Shown here piece by piece: positions 54,868 through 64,000 of a DNA stretch of 64,000 bases. Position 1 is the first letter of the stretch, and each line of letters starts with the position of its first letter. The translations under genes were made by a program, and so were the position numbers. Under the pieces are notes generated by a model. The model did no database searches. It was not told where the DNA came from and was given only the letters and a program-made list of their open reading frames with translations. The DNA comes from Octopus sinensis. Its lineage: Eukaryota. The stretch lies in the NCBI RefSeq assembly GCF_006345805.1, contig NC_043006.1, positions 41,788,001 through 41,852,000 on the forward strand, read 5' to 3'.

Positions 54868-55508
54868 TACTCTCTCTTTTATTCTTTTACTCGTTTCAGT
54901 CATTTTACTGTGGCAATGCTGGAGCACCGCCTTTAGTCGAGCAAATCGACACCGGGACTTATTCTTTGTAAGCCTAGTACTTATTCTATCGGTCACTTTT
55001 GCCGAACCGCTAAGTTACGGGGACGTAAATACACCATCGGTTGTCAAGCGATGTTGGGGGGACAAACATCAACATACACACATACATATAAATATATATA
55101 CTTATATACGACGGGATTCTTTCACTTTCTGTCTTCCAAATCCACTCATAAGGCTTTGGTCGGCCCGAGGCTATAGTAGAAGACACTTGCTCAAGGTGCC
55201 ACGTAGTGGAACTAAACCTGGGACCAATGAAGGGCTTTTTTAAGTTTCCGTCTACCAAATCTACTCACAAGGCTTTGGTTGGCCCGAAGATATAGTAGAA
55301 GACACCTGACCAAGGTGCTACGTAGTGTGACTGAACCTGGAACCAACGACGGGCTTCTTTCAGTTTCCGCCTACTAAATCCACTCACAAAGCTTTGGTCG
55401 GCCCGAGGCTATAGTAGAAGACAATTGCCCAAGGTGCCACGCAGTGGGAATGAACCCCAAACTATGTGGTTGGTAAGCAAGCTACTTACCACACAGCCAC
55501 TTCTGCGC
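54868..55508 (-). mobile_element. CORE-type SINE with its approximately 120 bp CORE segment in three tandem copies
   Basis: Unit (acgacgggcttctttc..ccaaggtgccacgcagtgg..ggaacca) occurs at about 55108, 55228 and 55347 between one head and one tail. Confidence 0.88.
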
Positions 55509-56464
55509 TTTATAGTAATATATTGGCACAAATACTCTCAACTTTACCCTGTTATACAAAATTGTCCATACTCATGCTCGGTATATGAGGGGGAAATGAT
55601 CGATAGACATTCCAAGATAGTAGAAAAGCATAGTGAATACATTACAGAGTCTTCTTCGGTCTCTCTACATTCTGTGTTCAAACACTGTTGAAATAGTGTA
55701 TTGCTTTCATCGGTAACATGTACCAGAAAACCGAATACAGGACCTCCTAATCGGGTGCACGATCTATCGTGTGTTCTTACTCGAATCACACCCTATAGCC
55801 TTAAATGGGGAAAGAAATAATAGATTAATAGTGTAATTCTTGGTTAAGTATATCTTGGGAAGATATGGCATAGTGAACGATGTGAACGCTTTTTGGTAAC
55901 ACAGCTAGGACTGATGTGGCTATAGGCAGCAACAATATATACACGCAGGAGAAAATAATGATTGAAGATCATACTCAAAACTAATAAGCATTACCGTCAT
56001 GTCTAGTGAAAAGGAATCGATGTGGATAATAATAACCATGACTGAGAGGAAAAAAGGGAGAGAAAGAGAAGAACTAACTTTCAACAAAATAAGTACCCAA
56101 GTCAATAATATATAACTATATGTTATAGTTGGATCGATTGCTTTGAACATATAGATCTCTTAAAACTGTTGGCTCTTTTCACGAGTTAACAGAACTCGGC
56201 AGAGTAAGAAAAAGAAACATAATTACTCGGTCAATTTTTCAAAAATGAAAACAAAAACCAGTTCCTTTTTTCCTAACGAAAGGGAGTTTAATATACTCAT
56301 AGTTTGTGAAATTGTATAGTTCTTATTCTCACCGTATTTGTTGTATTTATTACTGAATATATTGCTGTAAGTATTACTGTTCGCGGTAATTTGCTATTAT
56401 TGGTTACTGTTATTGGTGTTGATGATATTTCTTGTGATATTGCAATTATTACAGTCGAAATACA

Positions 56465-56853
56465 GGCGGCGAGCTGGCAGAAACGTTAGCGCGCTGGGCG
56501 AAATGCTTAGCGGTATTACGTCTGCCGCTACGTTCTGAGCTCAACTTCCGCCGGGGTCGACTTTGCCTTTCAACCTTTCGAGGTCGATTAAATAAGTACC
56601 AGTTACGCACTGGGGTCGATGTAATCGTCTCAATCCGTCCTTGTTTGTCCTCCCTGTGTTTAGCCCGTTGTGGGTAATAAAGAAATAGGTATTTCGTCTG
56701 CCGTTACGTTCTGAGGTCGAGTTTGCCTTTCATCCTTTCGGGGTCAATAAATTACCAGTTACGCACTGGGGTCGATATAATCGACTTAATCCGTTTGTCT
56801 GTCTTTGTTTGTCCCCTCTATGTTTAGCCCCTTGTGGGCAATAAAGAAACAAG
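56465..56853 (+). mobile_element. Dimeric Deu/Nin-domain-like SINE
   Basis: Head plus two units of about 170 bp (ggtatttcgtctgccg..gtcgactttgcctttcatcctttcggggtcgat..ttgtgggtaataaagaaa). The domain name is from recalled similarity only. Confidence 0.85.
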
Positions 56854-57645
56854 AATCATTAGAACACCGGACGAAATGTTTAGCGATATTTCGCTAACAA
56901 AATTGTTAGTACGCCATACAAAATGTTTATCATTATTCGTTCCGGATCTTTAATTTCTGACTTCAAATTCTACCGAGGGTGACTTTCCCTCTCTTCCAGA
57001 GTTGGCAAAATGAAATACCAGTCAAGTACTGGAGTCGATACGAAACCTCTTCTCCTATTTGCTAATTGGACTATATAATTTTTTCTTATTTTCCTGTCAA
57101 AGTTGATTAGAGGTCAGTTCACCTTGAAGTACAATAAAAATTAGTGCGGATTCTATAATTCACTTTGAAGTGCCTATATTCGTTGATGCGAGAGTGGAAT
57201 TATTATAGGTAAAGTTAGATTCGTTCTTTCAGCTGCCTTAGAAATGGTGGCAAATGTTAATCAACAACGCATATTTGTTGTTTCTTCCCGGACAACAACG
57301 AAATTGAATTTTCCCTGAACAAGACAAAATTGCGAAAATTGTAACGATGAGTATTAATAAAAAATAAGAAACCGAAATACATTTGGCGCCGGTGTACATT
57401 TATGAGTAACATGGCTGGACCACATAGAACCTCACCTGATTGATGTAAAACGAACTTTGAATTTTCCATCTTGTCGAAGAGAAATTACCTTCCTTTCTGT
57501 GAATAAGTACATATAGAAAATACCATAAAGATGTAGGTATACATGCGGAAGCACACACATACACATATATATAGACAGAGAATGTGTGTATATATATATA
57601 TATATATAACGTATATATACTCATACATAAATACATATATATATA

Positions 57646-57698
<53 letters not shown>

Positions 57699-57773
57699 GC
57701 ATAAATACATATATATATATAAATGCATAAATACCCACACACAACACACATATATTATATATATATATCTATA

Positions 57774-57845
<72 letters not shown>

Positions 57846-57850
57846 CATGC

Positions 57851-57973
57851 TGGCCTGCTCACTTAGCCAGCGGGGTGGCGTCATTGGAAGGCTAAAACTA
57901 TACGGAGCGCATTTTGAACAGCGATGTGTTAGCAACATATGATAGCCTGGTCAGTCACGGTGATCACGGCGAT
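57851..57973 (+). mobile_element. OR-type SINE 3' tail
   Basis: Matches the reverse complement of 12231-12355. Confidence 0.8.
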
Positions 57974-57997
57974 ATATATGTATATATATATAATATA

Positions 57998-58400
57998 CAG
58001 GAGTGGCTGTGTGGTAAGTAGCATGCATGTTTCCGGGTTCCGTCCCACAGCGTACCACCTTGGGCAAGTGTCTTCTACTATAGACTCGGGCCGACCAAAT
58101 CCTTGCGTGTGGATTTGGTAGACGGAAACTGAAAGAAGCCCGTCGTATACGCATATATATATGCATGTGTGTATGTATGTGTATGTATTTGTATGCTTTT
58201 GTTTGTCCCCCCAACACCGCTTGACAACCCATGGTGGTCTGTATACGTCTCCATAAATTAGCGGTTCGGTAAAAGAAACTGTTAGAATAAGTACTAGGCT
58301 TACAGAGAATAAGTCCTGGGGTTGATTTGCTTGGCTGAACATTGTGCTGTAGCATGGCCGCAATCAAATGACTGAAACAAGTAAAAGAGTAAAAAGAATA
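57998..58400 (+). mobile_element. Full-length CORE-type SINE
   Basis: Collinear with 18616-19040. Confidence 0.88.
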
Positions 58401-58407
58401 GAATATA

Positions 58408-58684
58408 TACGTTGTCGGATCAATACGTATCCGGACTGTTGCTATAGTAACGAAACAAAAGCACACAGAGTAAAGCGTCTTGGTACAGATTGACCTTGAA
58501 TACTGCTGTATTTGCACTCTTATCTTCAACGTTCTATCTCAATTCTGCTGTTTACAACAATACTTAGAAGGAACGTCTGTAGCGTGTGATTGTTGCATTG
58601 ACCATGACAGAAAGTTGAGCAGAGAATCTGTATCAAATTTTGCCAAAAGCTTGGCGATACTTGCTCTGTGGTCTACGTAAAGTT
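58408..58684 (+). mobile_element. Mariner 5' end (TIR plus ORF start)
   Basis: tacgttgtcggatcaatacgtatccggactg TIR-like; VEQRICIKFCQKLGDTCS. Confidence 0.8.
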
Positions 58685-59221
58685 TTCAAAGAGTTTTCAT
58701 CATTCTAGACACAACCAAGGAGACCTTGTGCATCTGAAACCCGAATGTCTTTTTGGTCAGCTGAAAGCAATTTTGGCACAAACTTAGCAGACACGCATCT
58801 CATATCAAAATATTCAATGGTAATGAACTAAACCGTAACTAACCTGCACGTCTAATAACTCACAGCTTCATGCAAGTCTCCGTTGTTTTTCTCAGTTATG
58901 CTGGTTGCTGGCCTCTCAAAACGTTCGCGAATATCGACATTTTTTGACCATCTTGGAAATATCTGAACCTCCCACACCCTTGTGTGCGACCCATACACTC
59001 TTCTCCATACACTGTCTCTAACTTTGCGTAAGTCTCTGAGCAAGTATCACCATGACACGCTACACACCTTCTTTCCAAGCATTGCTGTAAACGACGGAAG
59101 TAAACAAAAAAGCTAAAACTTAGTACGGAAGACGGTAAATCTGTGCCCAGCTGCATTACTCTGTGTTCATTAGCTTCGTTACTATGGCAACAGTTCTGAT
59201 ACTTACTGATCAGACCTCGTA
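58680..59221 (-). mobile_element. Mariner 5' half
   Basis: TIR tacgaggtctgatcagtaagtatc; GDTCSETYAKLETVYGEECMGRTQ..RFRYFQDG; MRCVSAKFVPKLLSADQKDIRVSDAQGLL..DENSLKT. Confidence 0.9.
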
Positions 59222-59349
59222 AATATAAATATGTGTGTGTGTGAAACATTGATGGAGTGTGTGTATGAGAGAGAGAAGGATAGAGAATTTGTCAAGTTTT
59301 AATCCCTCCACAAGCAGAGAAACGTATATAATAGCTGCTGGTGAATATA

Positions 59350-59397
<48 letters not shown>

Positions 59398-59410
59398 TAT
59401 TGATAATATA

Positions 59411-59885
59411 TATTGTTATATTTCGGAATGGTTATTTTGCCAGTTTAGCCAATAAAATCACACGCACTATATATTTGGTGTTACTTTGCTTCAGTGTTAT
59501 TTATTTTTTACATTAATCGTTTACAGCAATGCTTGGAAAGAAGGTGTGTAGCGTGTGATCGATCGTCACATTGACTATGATAGAGAAAGATGTCATGGCG
59601 ATACTTGCTCAGAGACTGCGCAAAGTTAGAGATAGTGTATGGAGAAGAGTGTATGAGCCGCACACAAGGGTACGGGAGGTTCAGATATTTCCAAGATGGT
59701 CAAAAAATGTCGATATTAGCGAACGTTTTGAGAGGCCAGCAACAAGCATAACTGAGAAAATCACTGAAGCAAAGTAACACCAAATATATAGTGCGTGTGA
59801 TTTTATTGGCTAAACTGGCAAAATGACCATTCCGAAATATAACAATATCTGTTTCAACACACGACTTCACTTAAAAAATCTTGCA
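59411..59885. mobile_element. Palindromic repeat (same family as 25605) carrying a mariner fragment in its loop
   Basis: 86 bp arms 59411-59496 / 59762-59847 (1 mismatch). 59518-59760 is an inverted, slightly diverged homolog of 58887-59093. Confidence 0.88.
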
Positions 59886-59930
59886 CAAAAAATATATAAA
59901 CGTACATATATAATATATATATAGATATAG

Positions 59931-59968
<38 letters not shown>

Positions 59969-61859
59969 ATGTATGTATATATCATATGAAGAGACTTAGG
60001 TTGTATCCCTGTGTTTCATGTATTCATGTATTGGTGTATGTATGTGCATGTGTGTAAGTGTATGTTTATAAGCATATGTGTAAATATGCGTGCGTGTGCT
60101 TGTGTAGATTACTAATTTTCAGTTTTATACATACAATTAACTGTCAAAATAGCAAATTAGTTTTTATTTCAGTCTCTGAATTCCCTCCTTAAATCTATTT
60201 ATATTTTTTGAATTAATTATATTTTAATTTTATCTCTAACGGTATTTAATAGAAATGTTCTTATTTGACCTGTCTTATCGAAAATCAGTGCTTGACTGTC
60301 TGCTATTTTTTTCATTGAACACATTTCTTGTAGTCTTTGAATCTATTGTTTCTTCTCTTTTCTTATTCATGTTGATTTGTACCACTTTGGTCCTTTACTT
60401 TTTGATAAAGTTTTCTTTTAAACTTATATCTATTGTTCCCAATTCTTTCACAGAGAGAAGAGATCAAACAATTATATGATGCAGATAACGTGATTGTTAT
60501 TTCATAACGCCATATAATGAAAATATATTGTTCATTATAATTAATATTTTTTTAATCAAAGGGATGAAATGAAATATAGGCCATCTCTAAATATTTTATG
60601 ATGTGGTTTAGGGGTTCACATCGAACACATAGTTCTAGATAGATATAGACAGATACAGACAAATAGATAGATAAATTATTTTACAACCCTTCAAGTAATA
60701 ATATAAGTATAAAAAATCGACCTAAGAAAATTATTTGCTTCACCTCCCGTCTTTTCACTATATGTTCTATCAACATTTATCTGTCTCTATTATATTAATA
60801 TTTTCTCGTAAATCAGGTACAGAAAAACATTCAACAGGCGCCCGGTTAAATTATCTTATAGCCGTAGCCCCAATATGAAGAATATCATTACACGCAAACA
60901 CCACCAAGAGCTTACTCCCAATTGTAACAGTCGATACCCAGGTACTTCTCCACTTAACCAGGGGTGCATGATTAAATCGTCATATATGACGCAGAATTTA
61001 CGGCTAGATTATAGCCTAATGGAAAATAACAGTTACATCGGGTTATCTCCCTTCCTGCACAGGGACAAAAGTAAAGCCAAAAATTTGGCTGACGTCGAAT
61101 GAGGTTTGAAGCTTAACACCACACAAGTTACGATCCAGTGAAAAATTGTTGGAAACTCCATACCATATCTTAACAGATATCAAAGCGTAGCTGAAATACC
61201 CCAAATCCAAATAGCAAATCCTACATGGCTGAATTCCAGATCTGAGACTTTTAGTGGATGTAAAGATATAGATAAATTCTTGTTGGCAAATTTTAAAATA
61301 CCACTGTCTCCGAATTGAATAGCTGCACTGCACACTGGACATCTGTCTATCCATGCAGCCTTATTATTGTTTACGGTCAAAGGAAACATAAACTATAATT
61401 CTCCAACTTTTTTCTTTGTTCTTTTACTTTTTACCTTTTCCTTTCGATTTCCAGATATTTTCAACCTAGCAACACTTTTCCTTCTACCTTATTCTTGTCT
61501 TTTTTCGCTAATTCTATTTTTGTATCGTCCTGTTTTATAGTGTATATACCATGCGAATATAGCTTCAAGATTGGATGAAGGCATCAGATGTGATGTAAAA
61601 TGCTGTCTAAGCCGTTTTCCTCTCATGGAATTGTTAGTAGCTCATAAAAGCCTATACTGTGTTCATTAAGATACACACCACACATGCACACACACACACA
61701 CATGTATATATGCATATGTATGTATGTTTGTATATAGTTAAAAAACATATATCAGAAAGAAGACCACTCTAAAGAATAGAGCAGTAATTATTACAACAAA
61801 ATTTCACATGTGTGAAGTTTATTTGCATTATAGTTTGTTGTTAACATATATATACAAAT

Positions 61860-62270
61860 AAATTTAAAAAAAAAACACAATAGAAAACTACATATATTTC
61901 GATTCTTGCCCCCTTGGTGATGCATAATTCAGAACATCTTGAGTTATATCCAGTGTTACAAAATTAAGCTGTAAGGGGTAGAATCTCTTCAGGCCTTTTT
62001 GTTTTAACAATATCTAAGGTTACATCTTCTTTGAATGAATTCAAATCCCCAACTAAAAGACTTCTTTAGTTGAGGATTTAAATTCCTCAAAGGTAGATGT
62101 AATCTTCGATATCGTTAAAACAAAAACCCTGGTGAGATACGACCCCTTACAGCTTAATTTTTTAACATCAGATTTAACCCGAAATGCTTTGAATTATGCA
62201 TTACCGAGGAGCCAGAATCTGAACATATGTAAGTTTTTTGAGGCTTTTATTGTTTCTTAAAAATTTATAT
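61860..62270. mobile_element. Imperfect whole-length palindrome (foldback MITE), centred at about 62061
   Basis: aaaattaagctgtaaggggt / accccttacagcttaatttt; tgcataattc / gaattatgca; caactaaa / tttagttg at the centre. Confidence 0.8.
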
Positions 62271-62365
62271 GTGTTTATATCTTAACAAACTACACTGCAC
62301 ATGAATTAACTACACACCTCAACTCTCCATTTCCTTACATTATTAATTTTACCTATTTCATATAA

Positions 62366-62455
62366 TAAACACTCACAACGCCCGGTCTGGGAATCGAAAC
62401 CACGATCCTACGACCGCGAGTCCGCTGCCCTAACCTCTGGGCCATTGCGCCTCCA
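62366..62455 (-). mobile_element. OR-type SINE tRNA-like head
   Basis: tggaggcgcaatggcccagaggttagggcagcggactcgcggtcgtaggatcgtggtttcgattccc. Confidence 0.85.
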
Positions 62456-62469
62456 CCTACTTCATATAT

Positions 62470-62512
62470 ATTCATAATATATATATAATATATGTGTGTG
62501 TGTGGGTATATG

Positions 62513-62587
<75 letters not shown>

Positions 62588-62729
62588 GGTGTATATATAT
62601 ATATATGTATATATGTATAATATATGTGATATATAATAGATATGTTAATATGTATATATATATATGTGTATATATATATCTATATATATGTATATATGTT
62701 ATTATATATATATATATTATATATATATG

Positions 62730-62776
<47 letters not shown>

Positions 62777-62800
62777 GTATATATGTATATATGTATATAT

Positions 62801-62831
<31 letters not shown>

Positions 62832-62843
62832 GTATATATATAA

Positions 62844-62894
<51 letters not shown>

Positions 62895-62990
62895 GTATGT
62901 ATCATTCATATATACATGCACACGTATATTATATATATATATACGTATATTAACACGCATGAGTTGTATGTATGCATGTATGTATATATG
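62470..62990. repeat. Long interrupted (TA)n/(TATG)n microsatellite
   Basis: Directly visible; one of dozens in the window. Confidence 0.95.
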
Positions 62991-64000
62991 AATTTATATA
63001 GATGCGAGTGGATGAACGAAGGGAAAAAATTATCACAACATAGAAGTATTTATTGATTGACTGGAGTTCTCGCTGGTCGGTTACTTTCAGCTCTGAAAAG
63101 GAGCCCCTCCTGTCTTTCCATTAATCATTACAGAAATTCTAATGAAATTCATATTTTTATCTCGAATATTCTTGTTTCTTTGACTTCTATTCGTCGATCT
63201 CTGTGTTGTAGTAAAAGTTTAGCAAAGCCTTATTTTGAATGATTACGTGTGCAGTTATGAAATTTCGTTCACTATTCAAAGTTCGTGAATATGTTTCATT
63301 GCTGGTGCAGCAACGAAGAAGGTGTCGTAAATTTCATTTCTGATGCAGCAAAGAAGACCACAAGGTGGCTTTGTATAAATTCAGCACACCGGTCGTTTGA
63401 TGTTACTTAGAAAAAAAAAACCTGAGATGTGATCAACTCCTGCTGTGTCAACCGGGCAATAACACCTGATACTGAAAGATCCGAAACCGCTTGAATCACC
63501 CAGAAACCAGAGACATCGCTGGTAATATGTCCAAGTGCATCGTGAGATGTATATTGGAACCGATATGGTCCCCGTCTTTACAAGCGCTATGATCTCCTGT
63601 GTATTTAATACTATGGCCGTGCCTCTATTGGTGTTATTCTCACCCTGATTGAGATTAAAAGTCGGTTTTTAAAATTGCCCTGCTTTGTGAACCCACGTTC
63701 ACAATCTTCCATTATATTCTCTAAATAACTCTATGGTTCTTCTTTTGACGAACCTTCATCTTCAGAATCTCCTCCTAGGTTCACTAAGTCCTCTTCTTTC
63801 TCCTGTTTCTCCTTCCCTTTCTTCTCCTCATTTCTTGTTCTTGAAATTCTTTTCCATTTCTTTTTTCTTATTAATTTTCATCACTTCTGCCTCTCTTTCA
63901 TCTTTTCTTTCACCTCTTCTTTCTTCCTTCCATATGAGATAACATATTAATTCCTCTACATCTCATGTCGATAGATTTATGTTCTTTGCTTGGTTTCTCG

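Noticed and set aside
61043-61389. Overlapping minus-strand ORFs containing CPVC
   Set aside because: A single CxxC with no partner ligands and no recognisable family.
62390-62455. tRNA gene (also 3482, 12470, 18616, 54100)
   Set aside because: A/B boxes are present but there is no closed cloverleaf, and each continues into a SINE body.

Overview
AT-rich, microsatellite-dense animal DNA. The SINE, LINE, mariner and Helitron content and the (TA)n/(CA)n/(GATA)n load look like an octopus (coleoid cephalopod) intron or intergenic region; this is an inference, with no database check. I cannot support any complete host gene, true tRNA/rRNA gene or CRISPR array. Nearly all supplied ORFs are translated microsatellites. 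Recognisable content: three tRNA-derived SINE families (about 20 copies), CR1-like and RTE LINE 3' ends, several mariner remnants and MITEs, a Penelope-like GIY-YIG fragment, and a 2.5 kb Helitron with canonical ends (42341-44837, minus strand) carrying Pif1-helicase remnants. The most interesting signal is a set of minimal type-I hammerhead ribozyme (HHR) motifs in short non-coding repeats. One is a structurally complete HHR with a compensatory U3:A8 core (44090-44132, minus) in a 362-bp partial tandem unit nested inside the Helitron, a retrozyme-like layout. One has a canonical core (52412-52446). A three-copy family has an A6-to-U core variant, and one of its copies sits head-to-head with the Penelope endonuclease fragment. 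The window also has several long near-perfect hairpins, a two-headed mariner chimera and a palindromic repeat that carries a mariner fragment.
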